In this document: positions 25,735-38,540 of the stretch, one piece after another
How the letters are laid out: each line of letters begins with the position of its first letter
Numbering within the stretch: position 1 is the stretch's first letter
Assembly: GCA_038087875.1 (NCBI GenBank)
Contig: CM075992.1
Coordinates: 2,420,001 to 2,484,000, forward strand
Source of the DNA: Malacoraja senta
Taxonomy: Eukaryota
Reading direction: 5' to 3'
Length of the DNA: 64,000 bases
Position numbers and translations under genes: made by a program
The notes under the pieces: generated by a model
What the model was told of the DNA's origin: nothing
Database searches by the model: none
The model's input: the letters and a program-made list of their open reading frames with translations, nothing else

Positions 25735-28019
25735 GTAAGTAACTTTACATTGATGCCATCGAGTCTGCTCTGCCATTCAATTAGTGTGTAGGATAGTGTT
25801 TGTGTGCTGGTCGGTGTGGACTCTGTGGGCCAAAGGGCACGTTTCCGCGCTGTATCTCTAAACTAAACTAAACTAAGATAAAAAGATGGTATTCTAGAAC
25901 CATTGCAACAGTAACTTGTAGACTCTCTGTTCACATCTACCTGTTCAGGGTGGGAATATTGGGAATGCAGAATTATAATTAATATTGAAGGGAATAATGT
26001 ACATTTTCTATCAGGGAACAAATGGCCTCAGTACAAGGATTGAAAAGGCTGTTTTTTCTGAATGCAACAAAGACCGCTATAATTAATGGGTGTAGGAACG
26101 TATTGCATTGCCGCCTAGTGGATCTGCTCAGAACTGCATGCTTTCTCGTGGTTCTCTTCAAAAAACAGGATACTTCCAATGTAAAACAAGGAGTGTGTCG
26201 GAAGGAACTGTAGATGCTGGTTTAAACCAAAGATAGACACAAAATGCTGGAGTAACTGAGTGGGACAAGCAGCATCTCTGGAGAGAAGGAATGGGTGACG
26301 TTTCGGGTCGAAACCCTTCAACAATGATCTGGTTTACAGACGAGGACACGGAGTGCCGGAGCAACTCAGCGGGTCAGGCAGCATCTCAGGAGACCATGGA
26401 TAAGCAGCTCCTGAGATACTGCCTGACCCGCTGAGCTACTGCAATACTCTGTCTCTTCTTCAGGGTGCATGCAATGCAGAATAGGCATTAATATTGCACA
26501 ACACATCATTTACTGTTCTAAATGCAACTCACAATGCCAACCATAGACATGAAGGTTACAGCCATTAACCTTCAAAGGTTCAAAGGTCTGTTTATTGTCA
26601 CGTGTACCAATTAAGGTACAGTGATAGGCGAATTACCATACAGCCATACTAAAAAAAATGTGGCACCTCAGAAATTCTTTGCCAGTATTTCCCTGGAATA
26701 CCTTTGTGTCCCTGAAATATCTTGGTGTTCGGGACTTGAACCACTAATCTCCTGACCCCAGGCAAGACTACCAGCCGTATACCTTTATGTTAGACTGACC
26801 ACTCTCAGTCTAATGTAAAGGAGACAGTTTGTCCACCAATGCCTTTGTTGAAGCAACTTGGCCATGTCACAACCCTCAGCATCCCCAGTGTCTACACCAA
26901 ACATGCTTAGCAGATAATTAACACAAGGAAACTTCCGGTAGTCCGCAATAAAAGCACAGTTCTGTGAACTCTTGAGAATATTCTGTGACTTCACTCCTCT
27001 TGTTTCTGATTAACCCATAAATAGTAACACCAAAATAATGAAATAACGGCAGGTAGAAAAATGAGCCTTGGTCAATTTCTGGACACTCAAATGTTACCAC
27101 TGTCTGAAGAAGAATCCCGACCCAAAACATCACCTCTCCATGTTCTCCAGGGATGCTGCCTGCGATGGAGAACTGTAGTGACAGGATACCAAAAGTTCAG
27201 AGTTGTCCTTCTGGGTTGAACAGATGTGCTCTACAAGGCATCACCCAATTTGCTTTTGGTGAATACTGGCAAAGAGTCTCGGAAGTGCTACCTTTCAGAC
27301 AAGGCATTAGAACATGCGGGCGGCACGGTGGCATAGCGGTAGAGTTGCTGCCTTACACCACCAAAGACACGGGTTCGATCCTGACTACGGGTGCTGTCTG
27401 TACGGAGTTTGTACATTCTCCCCGTGACCTGTGTACGTTTTCTCTGGTATCTCCTGTTAGTGGGATAACATTGAACTAATGTGAATGGGTTATTGATGGT
27501 CGGCATGGACTCGGTGGGCCGAAGAGCCTGTTTCCACACTGTATTGCTAAACTAAGCTAAACTAAAATGGGATTTATTCTTCAAAAAATATTTAAATGGC
27601 CGTCGAGTAGCATGCCATGCCTTTCGTACGCACAATGTGTTTATAAATATAATGAGAAAATATTGTTTTTGTTTAGTTTATTGTCACATGTAACTGAGGT
27701 ACAGTGAAAAGCTTTTGTTGTGTGCTAACCAGCCAGTGGAAAGACAATTCATGATTACAATCGAGCCGTTCACAGTGTACAGATACGTGATAAGGGAATA
27801 ATGTTTAGTGCAAGTTTAACCAGTAAAGTCCAATCAAAGATAATCCGAGCGGCCCCGATGAGGTAGATAGTAGTTCGGGATATTAAAAGTAAATTATACC
27901 TGCAAATGAGTGCAGGCAAAATTCATGGATTTTGGAAAGAAAGGGTCTGTAGTTTAACAGTAGATGTATTGCTCGGTATGGATGATGATTGTGTAATGGT
28001 TTTTGTGAATTTTCCATAG

Positions 28020-28309
28020 GTGAAGAATCGACAAGGGATATCAACAAAATTCCAATAGTTGTGTGGGCAATAATAACAGTATTATTAATAGTATTATTAA
28101 TGGCAATAATTTGCTATTACCTGATCAACAGAGCTCGGAAAACAGGAGAATATAATCTACTGAATGCAACACCTAACCAAAACCAAGAAATCCCTCGTGT
28201 GAATGAACCTCTGGACATTTTTCCTTTGCAGGAAGTGATTTCAAACGGCAATGACAAAAACTCACAGATTAGTCCAAATAATAAAAGTTATATTACACCT
28301 GTGAGTTAG
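28020..28309 (+). CDS. ICAM/VCAM-like gene, exon 6 (TM helix, cytoplasmic tail, stop)
   Basis: tttccatag acceptor in phase 1. TM IPIVVWAIITVLLIVLLMAIICYYLI, then basic RARKTGEYNL (compare VCAM1 RKANMKGSYSL), stop TAG 28307-28309. The six exons sum to 1527 nt = 508 aa + stop. Confidence 0.9.
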
Positions 28310-29114
28310 ACGGACATATCACAATAATTGTATGAATATTGTTACTGAGGCAACTCCTGATTGCAATGTTACAGTCGACTGATGCCACTTACTCTAGGAA
28401 ATGTAAGGACAGTTCATTCTCAGGAATGTTCTGAATTTTGGGTCGTTTTTGAGTCCATTTGTCAAACTCTGAACTGATACCAGAACTCTGGCATCAAAGC
28501 CAGCTCAGCACCTAGAACATCAGAGCCATGCGACTTTTCTTCCCAATGATGGGAATGGACATCTGATCACACACGGTGCAATAATCTTTCCAAGGTGAAC
28601 TACTTGCTTAAATTACGTGAATGTTGTCTGGTAAAAAATTGTCATAAATGGATAAAATGTGAGTCAATGCCTTTTCCAGTATTCTCGCTCTCTTGTCTAG
28701 GGAGGAACTGCAGATGCTGGTTTAAACCGAAGACAGACACAAAAGGCTGGAGTAACTAAGCGAGTCAGGCAGCATCTCTGAAGAAATGGAATAGGTGATG
28801 TTTTGGGTCGAGACCCTTCTTCAATTTGAAGAAGGGTTTCAACCCGAAACGTCACCTATTTCCTTTCTCCAGAGATGCTGCCTGACCCTCTGAGTTACTC
28901 CAGCTTTTTGTGCCTGTCTTCTCTTCCTCTTGTTTAATTATTGCCATACTCTCATCCCTTCCTATCCCTGTAACCTCCTCCAACTACACAATGCTCAGTA
29001 TTCATTCATGTTCATTTACAAAATCTTATTCATCCTGATTTCCACTCGAGTAAGTCAAATGATCTCTCTGCTGGAGTAATCAGTAGAATTGCACTTAGTG
29101 TTCTAGAATACTGT

Positions 29115-29725
29115 ATCCCAGTGTTATACATGACAGGTTTGTACCCTAGTGTTACACAATGACGCACCTGTCCCCATCAGTACTGTACCCCAGTGTTACA
29201 TAGTGACAGAGTTATCCCCATCAGTACTGTACCCCAGTGACAAAGTTATCCCCATCAGTATTGTACCCCAGTGTTACACAGTGACAGAGTTATCCCCATC
29301 AGTACTGTACCCCAGTGTTACACAGTGACAGAGTTATCCCCATCAGTATTGTACTCCAGTGTTACACAGTGACAGAGTTATCCCCATCAGTACTGTACCC
29401 CAGTGTTACACAGTGACAGAGTTATCCTCGCCAGTATTGTACTCCAGTGTTACACAGTAACGGACCCATCCCCATCAGTATTGTACCCCAGTGTTACATA
29501 GTGACAGTGTTATCCCCATCAGTATTGTACACCAGTGTTATACAGTGACTGACCCATCCCCACCGGTACTGTACCCCAGTGTTCCATAGTGACAAGCGTT
29601 ATCCCCATCAGTATTGTACCCCAGTATTACACGGTGACGGACCTGTCCCCGCCAGTCCTGTACCCCAGTGTCACACAGTGACAGACGTGTCCTCACCAGT
29701 ACCGTACCTGAGTGTTACACAGTGA
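29115..29725 (+). repeat. 44-bp minisatellite (~13 copies) in the putative 3' UTR
   Basis: Unit cagtactgtaccccagtgttacacagtgacagagttatccccat; period 44 checked at 29300/29344. Confidence 0.93.
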
Positions 29726-30177
29726 TAGCCTCTTGTCTATTTGCATAGTTGTAGTGTTTACCTTTTTCTCTTTCTTACTTACTTTTCATGCTAATTCAAT
29801 TCTAACTCCTTGATCCATTTTTGACTCCACCCATTTCAACAATACCCCGATCATCAGGCAAGCACTTTTCACAGCGTTGGGCCTCCTGATGTTAACAACA
29901 CTGTAGACTCTATCCTCAAGCAAATTGTTTATACTGTATTATATTGTGCCTGTTATAGCATTAATTTCACAGTCATATATTAGGCTTTTGTTGCCACTGG
30001 TTCCTGAATACATACTGTGTATTTCACTGCATGTACAGCCTTAAGCCATTTCTTGTCAAGACAATTTTTCCAACAATGCCTCTCATATTTGTAACCACTA
30101 AGTGAAGATGTAGGTAATGATATAACAAGGGCTGTTTCTAATGATACATTTACACAAGTAAACAGAATATATTTTTG

Positions 30178-30183
30178 AATAAA
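30178..30183 (+). terminator. Candidate polyadenylation signal of the ICAM/VCAM-like gene
   Basis: AATAAA at the end of an AT-rich non-repeat stretch ~1.9 kb after the stop, with ATTAAA ~30 nt further on. No transcript evidence. Confidence 0.4.
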
Positions 30184-33100
30184 ATGTAGCTTATTGGTGA
30201 AGCAATATTAAACACAAATGTTGGAAAAAAGAACCTATTTGCACCAGTGTTGGCATTGACAGTAACTACAGCTGTTTTCTCACTTCAACATGGTTGATCT
30301 CACAGCATTGGCCACGGTCAAAGAGTCATAGAGTGATACAGTGTGGAAACAGGCCTTCGGCCCAACTTGCCCACACCGGCCAACAATGTCCCAGCTACAC
30401 TAGTCCCACTAGCCTCCGCTTGGTCCACATCCCTCCAAACCTGTCCTATCAATGTCCTGTCCTGTCTAACTGTTTCTTAAACGATGGGATGGTCCCAGCC
30501 TCAACTTCCTCCTCTGGCAGCTTGTTCCATACACCCACCACCCTTTGTGTGAAAAAGTCACCCCTTGGATTCCTATTAAATCTTTACCCCTTCACCTTGA
30601 ACCTATGTCCTCTGGTCCTCGATTCCCCTACTCTGGGCAAGACTCTGTGCATCTATCCAATCTATTCCTCTCATGATTTTGTACACCTCTATAAGATCTA
30701 TTGTACACCTCTAGAAGTCTCCGCACATACTGTTCTCAGCTAAAGTTTCCCTTAATCTCAGGATTGTATATTTGACACTGCAACAGAACCAACCACTCAT
30801 TGTTTCTGTGGAAAATCAGCTCTACATCAAGTTCCTTCAGTTAAAACCTATGACTCCTACGCCTACAAAAGCTATGATTCCAGGAATAGACGATGACTCC
30901 TTAGAAGGTACAGAAGCTCGGCCCATCTATATCATCCTATAGCCTATTCGCCAACACCATCAGCGTTTGCCTCATGTGCAAGCTTACTCAGACTTCCTAC
31001 ATTCATATCCAAGTTGTTGTATAGAATGTCAGCACTAGTCCTTGTGGTACATCACTGGTCATGTGCTTCCAACCACAAAGCCCACACTCTTCATCACCCA
31101 TGTATCTCCTCATACCAAGTCACTTTTGGATCTAATTTGGCGGCTTGCCCTCGACCCCGTGGAGATGTCCTTCACCCACACCGCTTTTCATTTACATCTA
31201 CATTTAGGGGCGGCATGGTGGCGCAGCGGTAGAGTTGCTATCTCACAGCCCAGCGATCCGAGTTCGATCCTGATTACGGGTGATGTTTCGACGGAGTTTG
31301 TACCTTCTCCCCATGACCTCCACGTCTCAGCCAGTGCATTGTGTGAGTGTCCAACACAGACACCACACATTACGCTGGTTCTCTCAGCGATTACACTATT
31401 GGTAGAGGTGGCCTAACTTTAATGGGATGAAAATACAACCAAAGTGTACAGACTTTTAAACACAGGTTGGCTACATTCCTACCAGGCTTGAGTTTAGTCT
31501 ATTGTCACGTGTACCGAGGTACCAAGAAAAGCTTTTCTTCTGTGCTAACCAGTCAGTGGAAAGACAATACATGATTACAAACGAGCCGTCCACAGTGTAC
31601 AGATACACGATGAAGGGAATAACGGGAATAACATTTAGTGCAAGATAAAGCCAGTAAAGTCCGATCAAAGATAGTCTGATAATAAACTAAACACAAACTC
31701 AAACTCAAAAAAGCAGCATTTATTGAGAGGATTCAAATGTGGCATTCAAGTTTATTTTATACATTCTGAGTTGTCAATGTGTTTCTATCTATTGGTGTTT
31801 GACATTGAATTAAATAACGGAAATTACTAGGTGAACCTTCCCTTTCAATCACAAAAGTAAAACTCCTTCCCCTTAGGCAAGAATACTTGTAGCAACATGC
31901 GAGTCAGGTCAGCTGGGCGTGAGAGAGTTGAGATATTACGTCACATTATAAGGATAACTGAAGAAGTCGGAGGTTCGATCATCCCGACGAGAGGGCCTGT
32001 ACATCGGGCTTTCCGTAGAGGCGACTGCGGAGGGTTCATGGCCCCGACCACGGATGAACAAAGGAGGAGGACTGACTGAACGTTATTGCCTTCCACCACA
32101 GTGAAGAATGTTGATTCCACTGTGGTGGATGTTCATGTTATATTCCATTGTGTATTGTGCTCATTTTGATTGTGTGGCTGCATGGTAAATCAAATTCTAC
32201 TGTACCTTAACAGGTGCATGTGGCAATAAATGTGAACTTGAACAAACTCTCACTGAAAGATGCGTAGTATTCGTTTTTAGTTCCCAAACCATACACTAAT
32301 GTTGACCAATGTAGGCATTAGGCTTGTCATCCAGAAATGTTTGAACGATTTCCAACTAAAATATACCAGCCAGAAATTGTTCCATGTGATATAACGTTTT
32401 TGTGGGCCACCTGATAAAACTTTACCAAAAATTAAATCATGTGGTTTCCAAACTACAGAGTCTTTCTTCCAGATCCTCCATGTGTAACCCATAGAGATGC
32501 CTGGACAATTGGAGTGGGATTTAGCTGGGAACTGACATTAACTGATGACCTTTAAGCTAAACATTACCTTTTACACTTTAGACTTTACTTTAGAGATATA
32601 GCGCGGAAAACGGCCCTTCGGTCCATGCTGACCAATGATTACCCCACACTAGTCCTATCCTACACACCAGGGACAATTTATCGAAGCCAATTAACCGACC
32701 AACCTTTACGTCTTGAGTGTGGGAGGAAACCGGAGCACCCGGAGAAAACCCACACGGTCACAGGGAGAATGTGCAAACTCTGTAGACAAGCACCCGTGGT
32801 CAGGGTTGAACCCGGGTCTCAGATGCTGTAAGGCAGCAACTCTACCACTGCACCACTCTGCACCTCATGGCAACTCTATCCCAGGCCCCCTCCATAGTCA
32901 GCAGCTAATTACAACCATCTAGCCCCAGCAGCAAACCTGACCTACCCTCCCTGTAACCACTAATGATTCAACCCTACCTCACCGCTCCATCCCCCACCCC
33001 ATCTCTCCATTGTTACCCTGATCTAAGCTTCAGGGTCCCAATCCATCCAAGTCCAACTACCGCAATGGGACTTGTTCAAAATAGAATTTTACAGCAACGA

Positions 33101-35334
33101 ACTGTCATTGACAACCTGTATTGAAGCATATTGTCCAGCAGAGAGAGCAATTAAACCATAAGAGGTTTAAGATACTATTTCCAGTTGTAGAATGTTGAAA
33201 CAGTAAACTTTACTGATAACAGAAGGAAGTCACTGTGTGGTCATCAGATCAGAGATTGAGTCTGATCATGGAAGGACACAAAGTGCTGGAGTAACTCAAC
33301 AGGTCAGGCAGTAACCCTGGAGAACGTGGATAGGTGACATTTCGGATAGTCCGTCTCCCTGACTCAGATCACATTTAATAATATTAAGCCCACATAAATA
33401 TGTTAGCCTCTTGCACTCTAAGGAATAAGAAGGCCCTGGTTTGCTCAACTTCAACTTCAGACGCTTCAATCCAGGCAGCATCTTTGTAAGTCATCTCTGC
33501 ATTCTTTTCAGCTTCACGCCATCTTTCGTTAGCAGGGCCAACACAGAACCCAATAAGGGTGGCGAGACTAATATCTTGTACAACTGTAACATAAGATCCC
33601 AACTTTTGTACTCAATTCTCTGAGGCAGGCCAATGTACCCAAAGCTTTCTTCACCACCCTATCTTTAGTCAGGGGGTGTGAATCTGTGGAATTCATTGCC
33701 ACAGAAGGCTGTGGTGGCCCTCAATATATATTTTTAAGCCAGAGATATATATATTCTTGATTAGTACGGGTGTCAGGGGTTATGGGGAGAAGGCAGGAGA
33801 ATGCGGTTAAGAGGGAGAGATAGATCTGCCATGATTGAATGGCGGAGTAGAGCTGATGGGCCGAATGGCCTTATTCTGCTCCTATCACTTATGAACTCAT
33901 ATGTTACACTGCTGTCAGAGAACAAAGCACTTGTACTCCTAGATCCCTCTGCTCTAGAACACTTCATAGGACCCCACCATTCACTGCAAAGATCCTGCCA
34001 TGGGTTGAATTCCCAAATTGCAACACCTTACACTTATCTGGATTATTTTCATTCGTCATTCCTCAGCCCACTTGCCCAGTTTGCCAAGATCCTGCTGAAT
34101 TCTCAAAGAACATCGTCATGCGTTTACTATACCAACTATGTTAGTGTCATCTGCAAACATACAAATCATACCTTGCACATTCTTATTCACATCCAATAAT
34201 GTGAGAGGGAGGTTTTATGTGCATTCACAACCTCAATGGTGGCAGAACCAGGTCTTGAAAATTAAAGACAAGGCAACATAAAAGTGTTCCAAATGAAAAT
34301 CAAAGTCAAAGAGCCTTTATCAGAACTGAGAATGAAAGAAAACAAGTTAATCATTTGGCAGATTTGTAGATTAATTGGTTAATTTACAAAAAAAAGTGCT
34401 GGAGTAACTCAGGGGGTTAGGCAGCACCTCAATTCCATGATTCATAAAACATTTAGCACCTTCCAGTCTACAGGAGTGGCCTCACCACAGCCCAGTACAA
34501 TTGAAACAATTGTTCCCTATTTTTTAACTCCAGCTCGATGCTATTATTGCCAATATGCCATTTGCCTTTCAAACCATTTGCCAGCTGACTTTGTGCAATT
34601 CATACAAGGACAATTCATCGGGTGGCAGGGTGGCGCAGCAGTAGAGTTGCTGCCTTACAGGGCCAGAGACCCAGGTTCGATCCTGACTATGGGTGCTTGT
34701 TGTATGCAGGTTGTGCGTTCTCCCTGTGACCTGCGTGGGTTTCCTCCGGGATCTCCGGTTTCTTCCCACACTCCAAAGACGTACAGGTTTGCTGGTTAAT
34801 TGGCTTGGTATAATTGTAAATTGTCCCTAGTATGTGTGGGAAAGTGTTAGTGCATGGGAATTGCTGGTCGGCACGAACTCAGTGGGCCGAAGGGCCTGTT
34901 TCCGCATTTTATCTCTAAACTACAGCTCTCTCTACACCACTCGTCTCCAAACCTGCACCATGTAGATAATATTTGTAGGAAGGAATCGCAGATGCTGGTT
35001 TAAACCAATGACCCAAAACACCACCTCTTTCTTTTCTCCAGAGATGCTGTCAGATCCGCTACTTACTCCAGCTTTTTGTCCATGTAGATAATAGTCTGCT
35101 TTTAGATTCCTTTTGCTGTAGTGCTTAAATTCCATTTGCCAAGTTTTTGCTCATGCACTCAACCTATCTACTGTATATCCCTTTGCAGACCCCAAATATC
35201 ATCAATGTAACGTGACCTCCAACCTATTTTCTTGTCCTGACCTTGGAACACGTGACAATAAACAAGTCTAAACTACTGGGGGATATCTTTATCCTCTCCC
35301 TACTCCACCCTGAGTTTTCTGTCTGCTTTAAGAA

Positions 35335-36590
35335 GATTACTATTGTCCTGGTGCCAAAGAAAGCAACCCAGTAAGACTGCCGATGCTGGGTTAAACCGAA
35401 GACAGACACAAAATGCTGGAGTAACTCAGCGGGAAAGGCAGCGTCTCTGGAGAGAAGGAATAGAAATCATGAAACGTCACCTATTCGTTCCCTCCGGAGA
35501 TGCTGCCCTGTCCAGCTGAGTTACTCCAACATTTTGTGTCTAAGCCAGTAAGACTAATGGCTAACAGGTTGTGGCTCTGATGTCCACCATCGTGAAGTGC
35601 TTTATGAGGCTGCTCATGCACACATATTAACTCCAGCGTTCCAGACAGCCTCAATCCACTGCAATTCACCCACAGTTGCAACAGGTCCGCAGCAGATAGC
35701 AAGTCCCTGGCCCTAACATTCATTCCTGAAACATCTGAATACCGACGGCACCTAAACCCCCCCCCACCTCCCCACCTCCCCCCCCTATTTATAGACTATA
35801 GCTCCAACAACCAATCTTCTGGACCTATATCTCAGCAACCTCCTCTGCAATTAAATGTTTGATTCCAACCTTGGGACCACCACCTCTCGTTAAGACCCTT
35901 CCCCAGACTCTCGGATGGATCTTGGGGTCAGTTGCTACAAAACCTTGCAGATTCTCTTTATAAATTCACATCAAGAGTGAGTAAATCCTATCTCTGGGGT
36001 TTTCTCCAGAGATTGGTGTCCCACAAGGTTGTGGTCTGAGCCGCTTTCTATACTCCCTTTGCACTCATGACTGTGTGGCTACATTCTGCTCTGACACCAC
36101 AGTGGGCCAGGTTGCAAGCGACTCTAGGAATTAGAGGATGCCAACAGCCTCTCCCTCAATGTCAGCAAAGCAAGGAAGCTGGTTATCGACTTCAGGAAAT
36201 GGGGTGAAGCACACATCCCAGTCTGTGCCATCAATGCTGAGGAGGAGGTGGCCAAGAGCAATTGGTTTCTTGAGGTAAATATCACCAACCACTTGTCCTG
36301 GTCTGACCACATTGATGCAAAAGCCAACAAAGCACACAGACGCCTCTACTTCCTGAGAAGGCCAGGGAATTTTGACATATCGCCAATGACTCTTACTAAT
36401 TTCTATAGACGTAGCACACAAAGTATCCTAATCAGATGCATGGCATCTGCTCTCCCCAAGTTTGCAAGAAACTGCCAAGATGTGATTACAGCTCTGTGCC
36501 TCTCACAAACCGGCCTCTCCCCACCTCCCCCACACACCAGTGACTCCACATAAACACACTGCCTTGGGAAACCAGCCAACATAATCTAAG
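35335..36590 (+). mobile_element. Degraded Rex1-like LINE fragments
   Basis: Remnants such as ctctccctcaatgtcagcaaagcaaggaagctggttatcgacttcagg and the translated NITNHLSWSDHIDAKANKAHRRLYFLR. Confidence 0.7.
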
Positions 36591-38308
36591 ACAAGCTGGA
36601 CAGGCAGCATCTCTGCGTAAAAGAAATAGGTGATGTTTCGGGTCCAGCACAAAATGATGGAATGACTCAGTGGGACAGGCAGCAACTCTGGGGGAAAGGA
36701 ATAGGTGATGTTTCGGGTCATCGATCCAGGGGACTTGATAGATTCCACATTTATTTCCTAGGTAATAGGAGGAGAAAGTGATGGCTGAGATTTGTTTTTG
36801 GATGTTGGTTGAGAGTCGTCTGAAGAAGGATCTCGCCCCGAAACGTCCCCCATTCCTTCTCTCCAGAGATGCTGCCTGTCCCGCTGAGTTACTCCAGCAT
36901 TTTGTGTCTATATTTGGTTTAAACCAGCATCTGCAGTTCCTTCATACACATGCAATGCATTGAGCTTGTTGGGGGCAGAGGTGATGTGTTGTGATCAGCG
37001 ATTCTGCCGATTCCACTGTGCAGCTGTTTACAGTGTACAAGGCTTGCAACGATCGATGTGAACCTGTGTAAACAAGCTGCGACTCTGGCTTGGTATGGAG
37101 TGGAGATGTGCAGGCAAAACTGCTTTCCTTTTTTACAAATACTCTCATAATTAAAGGCAACAAATCATTTGTCTTCCTAATTGTTCGCCGTGTCTGCAAG
37201 GTGATGTGTACATGGACATGTACGTGCATGTGAACACCCAAACTACCCTCCTTTTAGATTTTGTGCTCTAAAGTGGATGACAACATATTTTTCACTGCAC
37301 ATCCCATTTGGGAATGCTCCTCCCTATTCTTGCATCTTTAATTTTTGTGAAGAGGGAAGAATGAGTCCATTCAAGCATTTTGATGAAAATCAGTCAGGAC
37401 AACATGACATTCTTTCAATTCAAGACAATTTAGACTGTTAAATTATCCTGTTAAGTTCAAAGCCACTGGCTATCTTCCAGTGTAATTGCAAATGGCTCAA
37501 GGATTGTTGGTTTAGACACAGAGTGCTGGAGTAACTCAGTGGGTCAGGCAGCATCTCTGGAGAACATGGATAGGTGACGTTTCACAGACTGCTGGAGTAA
37601 CTCAGCGGGTCAGGCAGCATCTCTGGAGAACATGGATAGGTGACACTTTGGGTCGAGACACGAGAAGGAGCCTGACTCAAAACGCCACCTATCCATGTTC
37701 TCTAGACATGCTGCCCGACCCACTGAGTTACTCCAGCACTCTGTGTCCATCTCTGTCATGACCCCAGTAATCTCCTCACTTGCTTCCCTCAGAATCACCG
37801 GATAGATCCTATCAGACTCCAAGAACTTATCCACCTTAATGTTTTTCAAAAGACCCAACAAATTTTTCTTGATACAAATATACTGGATGAGTACCTGAAT
37901 ATGGAAAGTTTAGTGGAATATGTGACAAATAGGACTAGCTTTGATGGGGCATCTTGGTTGACATGCATTAGTTGGACAAAGAGCCTGCTTCCATGTTGTA
38001 TGACTGGAGATGCAACATGGAAATAGGCACTTCGGCCCATCGAGTCCACGCCGACCCGCACACTATATCTTTTGGCTAATGGAGTTGAAGTCTCTCTGTG
38101 AGGCTGTGGCATGTTTCCAAGCTGCATGTCTCTATAAAGATTCCCCACCCTAATCTCACTATCATCCATATCCTTCTGCTTGGTGAAATGCTGATGCAAA
38201 GTACTCCTAAATAACCTCACCCACTTCCTCTGGCTCCACACGTACATGTCTTCCTTTGTACTTGAGTGAACCTATTTTTCCCCTGCCAACCCTCTGCCTT
38301 GGGATACT

Positions 38309-38540
38309 ACTGGGGGCTGTGTTCATCAGCAGCTTGCATGTGTGGAGCAGACCAGCAAACAGCGCAGCACGTCATTTTCGACTGCGCTGTCCTCCGCCCC
38401 CCTGGTGGAGGGGTAGACCTCACGGCCCTCGACAACAGCACATTGAACTGGCTACAGTGCCTGCAGGCCTACAGCGCCTGCACATTGAACTGGCTACAGC
38501 GCCTACATAACCTCTGCTGCCTCAAACGCAAGAAGAAGAA
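38309..38540 (+). mobile_element. 5'-truncated Ingi/Vingi-like LINE 3' end
   Basis: CMCGADQQTAQHVIFDC C-terminal CCHC finger, NWLQRL, tail ACGCAAGAAGAAGAA, 8-bp TSD gggatact (38301-38308, 38541-38548). Confidence 0.7.

Noticed and set aside
16851..28309. Assigning the symbol VCAM1, ICAM1 or MADCAM1
   Set aside because: Domain number and motifs are mixed; orthology cannot be decided without phylogeny and synteny.
29115..29725. Regular array resembling CRISPR
   Set aside because: No unique spacers, units are contiguous, context is eukaryotic, and there are no cas genes.
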